Of a DNA stretch of 64,000 bases, positions 51,416 through 60,694 are shown piece by piece. The first letter of the stretch is position 1, and each line of letters begins with the position of its first letter. A program made the translations under genes and the position numbers. This stretch comes from Candidatus Poribacteria bacterium. Its GTDB lineage: Bacteria; Poribacteria; WGA-4E; WGA-3G. Below the pieces are notes generated by a model. The model saw only the letters and a list, made by a program, of their open reading frames with translations, was not told the origin of the DNA and searched no databases. The stretch spans positions 4,992,468 through 5,056,467 of the forward strand of contig OZ242349.1 in assembly GCA_965208635.1 (NCBI GenBank), in the 5' to 3' direction.

Positions 51416-51796
51416 TCAGTATCTGCTTGTGGGTTGAAAATCAAACGCACTTTCGATCTGTTCAAGTCGCAACAATTTCAGCTGCGGGGACAAGTGAATT
51501 GCGATAACATCAAAACGACAGGGTGCGTCCAAGAGGTTCTGAGCCTGTAGATATGCCAAAGCAACTTTGGAAATTTGTCGCTGTTTCTGTAGCGTTACAG
51601 CCGCTTGAGGCAACCCAAATTTGAGGCTCCGCCGTGTTTTTACTTCCACAAAAACGGTGAATTCGCCATCTCGGACGATGAGATCAATTTCGCCACGTAT
51701 CGCACGATAATTCTGTGCCAGGATTTCACATCCTCGCGCTTTGAGATGCTCTACTGCCAACGACTCACCAATTTTTGCGACTTTCAAACGATCCAT
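51416..51796 (-). CDS. yraN: YraN family endonuclease-like protein
   Basis: GE..A...L, GEIDLI, VFVEVKTR, RFDV. Confidence 0.93.
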   Translation of the reverse strand: MDRLKVAKIGESLAVEHLKARGCEILAQNYRAIRGEIDLIVRDGEFTVFVEVKTRRSLKFGLPQAAVTLQKQRQISKVALAYLQAQNLLDAPCRFDVIAIHLSPQLKLLRLEQIESAFDFQPTSRY

Positions 51797-51920
51797 TTTT
51801 TAATTTTACCTTGCGGAGAAAGGACGTGAGTTGGAACTTTGATGTGCTTTTCTCACGAGTTGAAGAAATTGAAGAAACACCCAAGCAAAAACACCTCCGC
51901 TACGCTTACGGGCTTGGTTT
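51797..51920 (-). repeat. Dispersed repeat ending at the yraN start codon
   Basis: ccgcaaggtaaaattaaaaa-ATG on the minus strand; contains a gaaattgaagaaacaccc..gcaaaaacacct module also at about 20994-21040. Confidence 0.7.
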
Positions 51921-51943
51921 TCGTCTGACCTTCCGAAAAATCT

Positions 51944-52924
51944 CTACTTTTCTCTTTTGAGAGTTCCCCACAAGATTGACAATTTTCCTGTGGGAGAAAC
52001 AGCCAACGATGCGGGTGCCCATGCAGGTTCTATAGCCACATTTAAATCCTCAACAAGAGCAACACTGTCGCTTCCATCGGCGTTCATCACGTAGATCCCA
52101 TAGAGACCACCACGTTGCGATGAATAGGCAATCTGCGTGCCATCCGGAGACCACGTTGGATGTTTGTCATTGGATTTGCTGTTCGTCAGATTCGTCTCGC
52201 CTTTGCCATCAGGGTCTATGGTGTAGATGTCCCAGATACCGCCACGCCAAGATGCAAAGGCAATCTGTTTCCCATCTGGAGACCACGCCGGTTCTGAGTC
52301 CCACTGTCGAGCGTCAGTGACCCTTTTTAGGTTCGTACCATCAGCGTTTATCACAAAGATGTCCGATCCAAAAATACGGGGGGATTCAAACGCAATCTGT
52401 GTGCCGTCCGGAGACCATGTCGGATGAACATCCGGACGCGGATGGTCGGTAACCTGTGTCAGGTTCGTGCCGTCGGTATCCATCACATAAATATCGAAAC
52501 TTCCATCTCGCACTGATATAAAGGCAATTCGCCGACCATCCGGGGACCACGCTGGATCACCATCAGGCGCGGGATGTTGAGTTAGGTTAATTGGGTTACG
52601 TCCGCTCGCTCCCATTACATAGATTTCTGGATGTCCAACGCGTTCGGATTCAAAAGCGATCTGTTTCGCATCTGGAGACCAAGTCGGTGCCGAGTCCCAG
52701 CGTTCGTGGTCAGTGAGTTGTCGGACCTTTTTCCCCTCGGAATCGACCATATAAATATTTGGTCCGGGTGTCCAATCGCCCGATGTAAAGACGATTTGTG
52801 CCTCAGCAGACCGTGCTATACCTATCACCACCAACGTCCCTAAAAGTAAAAAGAGCAGTAGGTTTTTTCGCAGATTGTTTGGCAGCGTCAATAGTCTCAA
52901 TCGGATTCTCATTTTCTCCTCCAT
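51944..52924 (-). CDS. Exported TolB-like (PD40) beta-propeller protein
   Basis: Repeated P(A/T)WSPDG..IAF.S; C-terminal LAVSPTGKLSILWGTLK. Confidence 0.9.
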   Translation of the reverse strand: MEEKMRIRLRLLTLPNNLRKNLLLFLLLGTLVVIGIARSAEAQIVFTSGDWTPGPNIYMVDSEGKKVRQLTDHERWDSAPTWSPDAKQIAFESERVGHPEIYVMGASGRNPINLTQHPAPDGDPAWSPDGRRIAFISVRDGSFDIYVMDTDGTNLTQVTDHPRPDVHPTWSPDGTQIAFESPRIFGSDIFVINADGTNLKRVTDARQWDSEPAWSPDGKQIAFASWRGGIWDIYTIDPDGKGETNLTNSKSNDKHPTWSPDGTQIAYSSQRGGLYGIYVMNADGSDSVALVEDLNVAIEPAWAPASLAVSPTGKLSILWGTLKREK

Positions 52925-52999
52925 TCGGCATGTTCAGAAGTTCCCTTTTTATGGGGAAATCTCATTTTAAATCGACGGGTTTTTTGCAGCACAATCTGT

Positions 53000-53168
53000 A
53001 TGAAGATTCAGAATTTAATTCGGTAATTTCCTAATCAGGTCCGGTGTCCCGTCCCAGTAACGGGTGGGGACCCCCCTTCCCAGTAACGGGTGGGGACCCC
53101 GGTTGCAAACCACACCTACCGGATCTAGGGAGCATATCAAATTACCGAAATATTTTATTAAACCTCAT
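53000..53168. mobile_element. MITE with internal REP and nested duplication
   Basis: Imperfect ~30-bp TIRs (atgaag...ttcggtaattt / aaattaccgaa...cctcat); homologous to 58002-58117. Confidence 0.75.
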
Positions 53169-53228
53169 TTAGATTGTGTCCCATCAGGCGCAAACTAACA
53201 GTTTGCGCTACAAATACGGGACTGACGT

Positions 53229-54215
53229 TCATTTTATATTGTTCTGTTTGATTCGTCCCCACAAGGTGCCTAACTTTTCCTCCGTGGAAACAGCCAGTGG
53301 CGTTGGATGCCAAGAACTTACGAAATCGTCTGACTTTTGATTTTGCGTGAGGTTGACGAGATTAGAGCCGTTAGCATTCATCACATAAACATCGGCGTTA
53401 AGGATATGATTGTATGAACTAAAGGTTATTTTCGTCCCACCTGGAGACCAAGCTGGGGCAAAGTCTATCTCCCATAAGTTGTGGGTCAACTGAATAGGAT
53501 TGGTGCCATCGGGGTTCATCACATAGATTTCAGGATCGCCATCACGGTCCGAAGAAAAAGCAATCTGCGTTCCATCTGGAGACCAAGCAGGTCCTTCATC
53601 TGATGCCCATGGATCCTCGGTCAGTTGAATGGGATTGGTGCCATCGGCATTCATCACATAGATCTCATAGTCGCCGTCGCGGTCCGAAGAAAAGACGATT
53701 CGCGTCCCGTCCGGAGACCAACTCGGGGATCGATCGGACTTCAAATGTTGTGTAAGATTGATAAGATTCGCACCATTCGCATTCATCACATAGATTTCCT
53801 CATTCCGATCCCGCTTTGAGCTGAAGACGATTCGACTCCCATCCGGAGACCAGTCAGGAGACCAGTCACGTCCGTTCGGATTTTGTGTGAGATTGATTGG
53901 ATTGCTGCCATTAGCATTCATTACATAGATGCCCAAATTACCCTTACGGCTTGATGCGAAGGCAATTTTCGTTCCGTCCGGAGACCACGTAGGATTTAGG
54001 TCTGAGGCAGCACCCTGTGTGAGTCTGACAAGGTTCTTCCCCGTGGTATCCATGACATAGATATTATATACTAACGCATCATCAGCGAAATCCCGATTTG
54101 ATTGGAAGGCAATCTTTACAGCATCAACGGGGAAGTGGCTTACCAATATTAGCAAAAAACCCATAAGCCCGATGAAAAACCATCGCATGATCCGTTTAGA
54201 TAATGCGAATCTCAT
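53229..54215 (-). CDS. Exported TolB-like (PD40) beta-propeller protein
   Basis: Repeated WSPDG..I.F.S.R; C-terminal LAVSTEEKLGTLWGRIK. Confidence 0.9.
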   Translation of the reverse strand: MRFALSKRIMRWFFIGLMGFLLILVSHFPVDAVKIAFQSNRDFADDALVYNIYVMDTTGKNLVRLTQGAASDLNPTWSPDGTKIAFASSRKGNLGIYVMNANGSNPINLTQNPNGRDWSPDWSPDGSRIVFSSKRDRNEEIYVMNANGANLINLTQHLKSDRSPSWSPDGTRIVFSSDRDGDYEIYVMNADGTNPIQLTEDPWASDEGPAWSPDGTQIAFSSDRDGDPEIYVMNPDGTNPIQLTHNLWEIDFAPAWSPGGTKITFSSYNHILNADVYVMNANGSNLVNLTQNQKSDDFVSSWHPTPLAVSTEEKLGTLWGRIKQNNIK

Positions 54216-54249
54216 AGTTCTACTCCTTTTTCACCAATACTGTGCTTAT

Positions 54250-57234
54250 CTATTCCTTCTCAAGCGAGACCTGAAAGATTCCGAGTTGGTAGGTGGCAAC
54301 GTACAACCTGTCCTTATTTGCAATAAGAGAAACAACTCTATCCGTATCGGGTGGATCAAACTCCCAAGATACTTGTGTAGTCCTGTTATTACTGGTGATG
54401 AGCGATGCAGTTTTATCTGAAATAGTGGGAGAAATCTGATACCATTTACCACGATCATCCAAGCGATAGACACCTGTATCGCCAATACCAAAAAATTCGG
54501 TATTATTAACGGTGAATTTGTCTATGACGACAGGCATACCAATTTTATCGGTAATTACATGCCAGTGCGTGCCGGTTTGCGATCCGAGAACCCCTTTGTC
54601 TGTCGCGACGTAAACCGTTGAACCCGCAAAGACTATCTCTTTGAAATGGTTAAAGCGGAGTGGAAGGCTCGATGTAAGGTCTCTCCAATTGTCGCCACCA
54701 TCAAACGATTGAAACAACCTACCATTCCGCTTTCCTACGTAGACGGTTTCTGCTGAGACTGCCAACTTGAATTCGTTATCCAAGTCGCTATTCGACTGTT
54801 CACCGGTATCTATCAGTCCAGTGTTTGTCCATTCCAAATCACCGGGTTTCCACTTAAAAAGCCTCCGTAAATATTCTATATAGAACGTTTCTCCACTGAC
54901 TGCAAATCCACCAATATCCCTACCATATACATCAAGGAGATAATACGTAGCTGGCACATTTTTAATCACCGGACGACCTGCCGCCACGTCTGCCTGTTTC
55001 AGTTCTTCAAAATGCGCCTCTGTCCAAAACTCAAGAACGAGTGTTTCACCATCAAAATCAGGCATGCCTTGAACCCGTATAAGTTCGGGATCTCCATCCG
55101 TAGATAAACGCAAAACACGATGGGTGTCCCATTCATTAACAATGACATAGAGAACATTATTAACAATAACTACCCTTGAATATCCAAAGTAACCGGCATA
55201 AACGATTTCCCACGACGCGCCGCCATCGGTTGATTTGTAAATCCCTTCGTAGGTATGTAGGTAGAGGTGATCGTTGAACACAAGCAAATTGAGCGTCGCG
55301 CTCCCGACCATCCCTTTCATAGATGGGTGCCATGAGTTCCCACCATCAGTTGTACGATGCGTACCATATATTCCCGCTCTGTAATAAGTACCTTCGTCCA
55401 CCGCCACAAGGGATCGCCTATCCATCCGAAACAAATTCATAACAGATCGGAGATTTATCGGAGCATCCTCTCCATACTCTGGATAAAACATAGGTTTATC
55501 TTGCGTTAAGGACGTTTTACCATCAGCCAAAAGCTGTATACCAGTGGCGGTCCGTACAAACGTGGACTCCTCCTCAGGCGTTATATCAGTCCACGATGTC
55601 CCCAAGTCAGCCGAAAGAAAAATACGACATGAACTGGCACTGTCGCCGTGCACTATATCCTTTACAGTCTTCGTCTTTGCCAAAGGATCGGGTCCCGTTT
55701 TAACATAGAGATCGTTTTCAAAAACCTCTAAAGCGTGAATAGCCTCGGACACACCCATCGGGAGTTGCTCCCAAACATCAGATGTACTGAGACGGTAGAG
55801 ACCCCGGTTCGTACCAGCAAACACCGTATTTTTAACCGCTGTCAAGGCACAAATTTTCTTACCCACCAACCCATTGTTAAAGGAGTTCCACTGCTGACCC
55901 ATATCCGTAGATCGGAAAACCCCTTTATCCAGAAGAGCGAGATACATTGCAGTCTGTGCTTGTGAATCGTGTTTTTGTGCCTCATCCGTGATAGCAAATC
56001 CAGTAATATATCCCCTTGGTGAAATACCTCCAAGCACATTCCATGACCCACCACTATCGGTTGAAGCATATAACCTGTCAGTAGCAATATATAAGGTCCC
56101 TTCATGCTCTGCGATAACATAATCTCCGAAGATCGGAACACTTCTGTCAATGAGCGTCCACGTATTACTGCCCTTTGCTAATCTGTAGATTCCTGTTCCT
56201 GCGACAGCGTAGACTGCCCCCGCCGATGTAGCAAAGAGATTGATAGCGGCACCCCCTTGAAGTCCATTCATTTGGGTCCACCCCGAAGGAGAAGACGTGG
56301 CGGAATCGCCCCATGCATCAGAGGCTAAAACTGTCTCGGGAACTTGAAAGCCAGCATTATCCTGTCTACTTAGAGCGGCAGCGCGCCCAGCCCGATTGCG
56401 TATTGACGGTTTTGAAGGTATATCAAGGACGACAGGCGCGTCAACAATTTCAATCGTGGGTTCAGACTGTGCCTCGAAACTATACGGTTGCTGAAAACGA
56501 GTAACGTATCGACTGCTGACTCCCATCAGTACCATAACCAATAGAGTAGCCACCCCTACAGCCGCCCATGGGAGCAAAGGTTTCCCAACTGGTGGGAGTG
56601 TGGGCTTTATGTCAGCAACCTGTCGCATAATGTTCTCGGTGAAGTTGGTAGAGAGATGGACATCTCCAAGCATTTCTCGGATCATCGGTTCGTCATCCTT
56701 TAAACGCTCGCGTGCGCGTCGCAGTCGACTCTTAATGGTATTCACTGAAACACCTAAAAATTTGCCAATCTCCTTCGCTGTCATTTCGCCGAGATAGTAA
56801 AGCGTCACTACTGTGCGTTCACTCTCAGGCAATCTTTCCAGAAGTCTTTTGACGATTGCATAGCGACGTTCGGTCGCTTCCGTCTCACGTTGCTCCGATA
56901 TATAACGGGTATAAGAGGATCTCTCTATCTCTCCCATAGATGTGTCCTCCAGCGATTGCATTACAGATCTGTTCCTTTGGATCCACCTAAGGCTAAGCCG
57001 ATTTGCGATCACATAAAGCCATCCAGCAAACTGATTGGGATCCTTTAGCATAGCAAGATTTTTGTATGCCTGCAAGAAGGCATCTTGGGCAATTTCCTCA
57101 GCAAAATGAAAATCGCCAACCTTCCGCCATGCTAAGGCATGAACACTTTTCTGATACTTTCGGACTAAGGTGTTGAATGCCTCATCATCGCCTGACAAAA
57201 TCCTACGTATCAGCTGAACATCATTTTCTATCAT
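54250..57234 (-). CDS. ECF sigma factor fused to a TM helix and Asp-box/BNR beta-propeller
   Basis: Region 2 (AEEIAQDAF..AY, FAGWLYVIA), region 4 (EIGKFLGVSVNTIKSRLRRAR), TM LLPWAAVG...LMGV, six S/TxDxGxxW Asp-boxes. Confidence 0.9.
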   Translation of the reverse strand: MIENDVQLIRRILSGDDEAFNTLVRKYQKSVHALAWRKVGDFHFAEEIAQDAFLQAYKNLAMLKDPNQFAGWLYVIANRLSLRWIQRNRSVMQSLEDTSMGEIERSSYTRYISEQRETEATERRYAIVKRLLERLPESERTVVTLYYLGEMTAKEIGKFLGVSVNTIKSRLRRARERLKDDEPMIREMLGDVHLSTNFTENIMRQVADIKPTLPPVGKPLLPWAAVGVATLLVMVLMGVSSRYVTRFQQPYSFEAQSEPTIEIVDAPVVLDIPSKPSIRNRAGRAAALSRQDNAGFQVPETVLASDAWGDSATSSPSGWTQMNGLQGGAAINLFATSAGAVYAVAGTGIYRLAKGSNTWTLIDRSVPIFGDYVIAEHEGTLYIATDRLYASTDSGGSWNVLGGISPRGYITGFAITDEAQKHDSQAQTAMYLALLDKGVFRSTDMGQQWNSFNNGLVGKKICALTAVKNTVFAGTNRGLYRLSTSDVWEQLPMGVSEAIHALEVFENDLYVKTGPDPLAKTKTVKDIVHGDSASSCRIFLSADLGTSWTDITPEEESTFVRTATGIQLLADGKTSLTQDKPMFYPEYGEDAPINLRSVMNLFRMDRRSLVAVDEGTYYRAGIYGTHRTTDGGNSWHPSMKGMVGSATLNLLVFNDHLYLHTYEGIYKSTDGGASWEIVYAGYFGYSRVVIVNNVLYVIVNEWDTHRVLRLSTDGDPELIRVQGMPDFDGETLVLEFWTEAHFEELKQADVAAGRPVIKNVPATYYLLDVYGRDIGGFAVSGETFYIEYLRRLFKWKPGDLEWTNTGLIDTGEQSNSDLDNEFKLAVSAETVYVGKRNGRLFQSFDGGDNWRDLTSSLPLRFNHFKEIVFAGSTVYVATDKGVLGSQTGTHWHVITDKIGMPVVIDKFTVNNTEFFGIGDTGVYRLDDRGKWYQISPTISDKTASLITSNNRTTQVSWEFDPPDTDRVVSLIANKDRLYVATYQLGIFQVSLEKE

Positions 57235-57288
57235 CAGAGGTCTCCATGATTAAGGAAAATAAGCCGTGCCTAATACCACAATTGCGTA

Positions 57289-57972
57289 TCAACGACTTCT
57301 CACACGAACCTGCTGGAATGCTCCTGTAGATAAATAACTCCCTAATACTCTCAGAACGTCTACCTCCGTGAGGAACTGCGGCGTGATTAAGATACATTTG
57401 TTCCGTGATCTCGCTGTACCAAACATCTCAAAATCCCTGTAACTCACCCGACGCTCACCAAGATTAACGGGATTTTGGAGAATCACTTCGCTTGACCGAT
57501 CATCATAAGCAGACATCGGTAAAATTTCCGGACTCCGTCCTTGCAATTGAACCACGACAATAGGTGCCCATCCTTTCGCTATAAACGCCTTCAGGACATC
57601 AAGCGAAGCGTTAGAAATAATAGCGATATGCTGCACTTTCCCGCGGGTTGTTGCATAAAAATCGTCAAGTCCACCCCTATCAATACGCAACGGCTGTTTA
57701 AAAATATTTCTGACGTAAGGCATCTCTCGTAAATTGATCGCGGCGGCTTCTGGTAAGTTCGCAGCAGTCTGCGTTGGCGGCTCTGGTACTGTCTTCGCAG
57801 CGGCGGCAATCGCTGTTTCAGGAACGTGGTATTGTCCTGTAGGCGGGGGCCCACAACTTATTGCCAAAACCATGAAGACAAGCAGCAGAACACAAGTAGA
57901 CGGTGTTGAATATGAAGAACCCACAAATAATGCCCGATTAACTTTTCGTAGAAAAAACGGATGGTATCTCAT
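57289..57972 (-). CDS. Hypothetical lipoprotein
   Basis: LLLVFMVLAIS-C lipobox; AGGAG SD. Confidence 0.65.
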   Translation of the reverse strand: MRYHPFFLRKVNRALFVGSSYSTPSTCVLLLVFMVLAISCGPPPTGQYHVPETAIAAAAKTVPEPPTQTAANLPEAAAINLREMPYVRNIFKQPLRIDRGGLDDFYATTRGKVQHIAIISNASLDVLKAFIAKGWAPIVVVQLQGRSPEILPMSAYDDRSSEVILQNPVNLGERRVSYRDFEMFGTARSRNKCILITPQFLTEVDVLRVLGSYLSTGAFQQVRVRSR

Positions 57973-58001
57973 GATTGCACTCCTCCTCGCGCACTGCTAC
58001 A

Positions 58002-58117
58002 ATGAAGATTTAGAATTTAATTCGGTAATTTCCTAATGACACCCGGTGCGGTTGCAAACCGCACCTACCGGGTTTGGGGAACATATCAAATTAACGAAAT
58101 ATTGATTGAAACCTCAT
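58002..58117. mobile_element. MITE with internal REP (ccggtgcggttgcaaaccgcacc)
   Basis: Homologous to 53000-53168. Confidence 0.75.
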
Positions 58118-58358
58118 AGAAGCAGTTATGTTTTAGTACCCATCAATTGAAAATACAACACACGGTGGACAGTGAACTGGAACCATTAAATTTAATACGT
58201 TCGCTGGCTATTCAATCATTAATGATACAATTTTAAGGCGAAAAGGGTGCATAAAATTAAAAAATCATAAAAAAAGGAAAGTCCTGGTGTGATAGATGAG
58301 GAAGGTCTTATATGTCTGACTGGAAATCGAGGGTTTTTATTGGAGTTCGGTAAACGGT

Positions 58359-58958
58359 TCAAGCATCTGGAAGGAGTTTAAAGGTACGACGATGAATCTC
58401 CGACGCGCCAAACTGGGCGATGGCTTGTCGATGTTGGGATGTGGGATACCCTTTATGCCGTGAGAATCCGTAATTGGGGTAGATTGGATCCAATTCAATC
58501 ATCAGCCGATCTCGAGTGACCTTGGCGATAATAGAGGCGGCGGCAATAGAATAACTTTTACTATCGCCCTTCGGAATCGCCTCACCCACAATACCTACTT
58601 CAGGCAAATGTAAGCCATCAACGAGTATGTAATCGGGAGACGGTGTTAATTTTTCAACGGCTTTCCGCATCGCTAAAAGAGCCGCCTCAAGAATATTCAG
58701 ACGGTCAATAGCCTGGTGATCCACGGAACCGACCCCCACGGACACAGCGACATCGCGAATTTCGTCAAACAGGTGAGCACGTTGCTTCGGAGACAACTGC
58801 TTTGAATCTCGCAAACCCTCAATGCGGCAATGTGTCGGTAAAATGACTGCCGCGGCAATGACGGGACCAGCCAATGCCCCTCGACCCGCCTCGTCAATGC
58901 CAGCAATCTGTTTGTAGCCGTTTTGTTGGCATGCAATCTCAAATGCGTTCATCTCCAT
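58359..58958 (-). CDS. rnhB: Ribonuclease HII
   Basis: AGIDEAGRG, DSKQL, KGD...SIAAASIIAKV.RD; start set at MEMNAF. Confidence 0.96.
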   Translation of the reverse strand: MEMNAFEIACQQNGYKQIAGIDEAGRGALAGPVIAAAVILPTHCRIEGLRDSKQLSPKQRAHLFDEIRDVAVSVGVGSVDHQAIDRLNILEAALLAMRKAVEKLTPSPDYILVDGLHLPEVGIVGEAIPKGDSKSYSIAAASIIAKVTRDRLMIELDPIYPNYGFSRHKGYPTSQHRQAIAQFGASEIHRRTFKLLPDA

Positions 58959-58962
58959 CAGG

Positions 58963-59307
58963 TTATCTTCTACGTTCTTTGACACGGGCGGATCTGCCAG
59001 TCCGATCGCGTAAGTAATATAACTTCGCGCGGCGAACTGCACCGTATCGAACCACCTGAATACTCTCAATATTGGGTGAATGGAGAGGGAAAGTCCTCTC
59101 GCTTCCAGCACCGAATGCGACACGCCGAACCGTAAATGTCTCCTTTAATCCACCATGCGCACGACGGATAACGGTTCCCTCATACGCCTGAATGCGTTCC
59201 TTCTGACCTTCACGGATACGAATGTTAACCTTGACTACATCCCCAGGACCAAACTCAGGAATATCACTCTTGACATATTGATTTTCAACAGATTCAATTA
59301 AATTCAT
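58963..59307 (-). CDS. rplS: 50S ribosomal protein L19
   Basis: [25 protein letters not shown]; GAGGAG SD. Confidence 0.97.
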   Translation of the reverse strand: MNLIESVENQYVKSDIPEFGPGDVVKVNIRIREGQKERIQAYEGTVIRRAHGGLKETFTVRRVAFGAGSERTFPLHSPNIESIQVVRYGAVRRAKLYYLRDRTGRSARVKERRR

Positions 59308-59397
59308 CTCTGATTCCTCCTCAGGTAGTATAAGTACTGATATATATTTCTGTGGATTTACAGGGAGCACACAAACACCCAATAACCAATTCTTTGG

Positions 59398-60126
59398 TTA
59401 CTCCATCAATCCTGCCGCTTCGAGAATTTGGATATCCTCCTCGCTCAACTCCAGTTTCTGAAGTAGATCCGGACGACAGGTTGCGGTGCGTTTGAGTGCC
59501 TCCGCGTACCGCCATTTCTCGATATTCTCATGATGTCCACTCAAAAGCACCTCAGGGACAGTGATACCAGCAAACTCAGCAGGTCGCGTATAGTGCGGAT
59601 GATCCAGTAATTCTTGACTGAACGAATCAACATGTGCAGATTCGTAATCACCGAGGGCTCCGGGAAGGACGCGTCCAATAGCATCAATCAAAACAAGCGC
59701 GGCGATTTCTCCGCCACTCAACACATAGTCCCCAATAGAAACCTCAGTTGTCACCAATCGATCGCGCACCCGTTCATCAACGCCTTTGTAACGTCCACAC
59801 AAAAGAATGAGATGTGTTTCCAAAGAGAGTGATTCCACAAGCACCTGCGTTAAGGGAGTCCCTTGCGGTGTCAAATAAACAACGTGGGCATCAGTTTCCG
59901 GATTCAACGCCGCGATTGCTGCGAAAATAGGTTCAGGTTTAAGAATCATTCCCGCACCACCGCCATAAGGATAATCATCAACGGACTTATGCCTATCAGT
60001 TGCCCAATCTCGTAGGTTATGGAGATTGACAGTGAGTTTATCCGCGTCCTGAACCCGCTTGAGGATGCCAGTCTTCAATGCTGGCGCGATTATCTCTGGA
60101 AACAGGGCAAGAACATCAACTCTCAT
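59398..60126 (-). CDS. trmD: tRNA (guanine37-N1)-methyltransferase
   Basis: DDYPYGGGAGM, SIGDYVLSGGE, YTRP. Confidence 0.97.
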   Translation of the reverse strand: MRVDVLALFPEIIAPALKTGILKRVQDADKLTVNLHNLRDWATDRHKSVDDYPYGGGAGMILKPEPIFAAIAALNPETDAHVVYLTPQGTPLTQVLVESLSLETHLILLCGRYKGVDERVRDRLVTTEVSIGDYVLSGGEIAALVLIDAIGRVLPGALGDYESAHVDSFSQELLDHPHYTRPAEFAGITVPEVLLSGHHENIEKWRYAEALKRTATCRPDLLQKLELSEEDIQILEAAGLME

Positions 60127-60149
60127 TTTTATTGGCGACTTTCGGCGGG

Positions 60150-60260
60150 AATGGCTGTCGGCTATCGGTTATCAGCTATCAGTAGGACAAAGAGATTTCT
60201 TTCTTCCTCTTGCCAACTGCTGATGGCTGACCGCCTCTTTGCTATCTGACTGCTATTCTT
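60150..60260. repeat. Heptamer-armed palindromic repeat at the position normally occupied by rimM
   Basis: ggctgtcggctatcggttatcagctatcag...ctgctgatggctgac...tgactgctattc. Confidence 0.65.
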
Positions 60261-60264
60261 CGAT

Positions 60265-60516
60265 CTACTCATCTGATCTTGGGTGTTCAATTAGTTCAAG
60301 GATAACCTTTTTATTTGCTTGCAACCCTGCAGTATAGAGAACACTTCTGATCGCTTTAAGCGTCCGCCCATATCTACCGATGATCTTCCCCAGATCTTCC
60401 TCCGGGACAGTCAACTCAACGATAACGACCGTTTCGCCAGTTACTTCACGCACCACGACTTGGTCGGGATAATCGACAAGAGATTTTACGATGTATTCAA
60501 TCAAATCTTTAAACAT
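60265..60516 (-). CDS. khpA: KH-domain RNA-binding protein KhpA
   Basis: DLGKIIGRYGRT GxxG loop; position after rpsP. Confidence 0.92.
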   Translation of the reverse strand: MFKDLIEYIVKSLVDYPDQVVVREVTGETVVIVELTVPEEDLGKIIGRYGRTLKAIRSVLYTAGLQANKKVILELIEHPRSDE

Positions 60517-60537
60517 AGTTGACTTTCGGATTTCAGA

Positions 60538-60660
60538 AGAATGGGGATCAGCGATCAGCGATCAGCAAAGAGGGTTCTCGGTAAAATTCTCGCCAGTTTG
60601 GAATATTCCAAAGCAAGGGTCAATCGTTACAAACCCATCTCTTTACTGATTGCTATTCTA
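60538..60660. repeat. Palindromic element with heptamer arms
   Basis: gatcagc x3...tttggaatattccaaa...; inverted homologue of 38101-38270. Confidence 0.75.
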
Positions 60661-60694
60661 CTGTCCGTGTCTCCAGGACCTGTCGAAGTGGGTA

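Noticed and set aside
53052-53100. 23-bp direct repeat as a mini-CRISPR
   Set aside because: Only two copies 3 bp apart, no spacer and no cas genes; it lies inside a MITE.
51944-54215. True tolB of a Tol-Pal system
   Set aside because: No TolB N-terminal domain and no tolQRA or pal nearby.
58179-58202. GGAACC...CGTT as the promoter of the ECF island
   Set aside because: On the wrong strand for the minus-strand genes and seen only once.
58959-59123. N-terminal extension of rnhB in the ORF track (similar cases at 12129, 22944, 32502, 40019, 48157, 48471, 50412, 59382)
   Set aside because: The extensions overlap neighbours or lack homology; downstream starts fit better and most have SD motifs.
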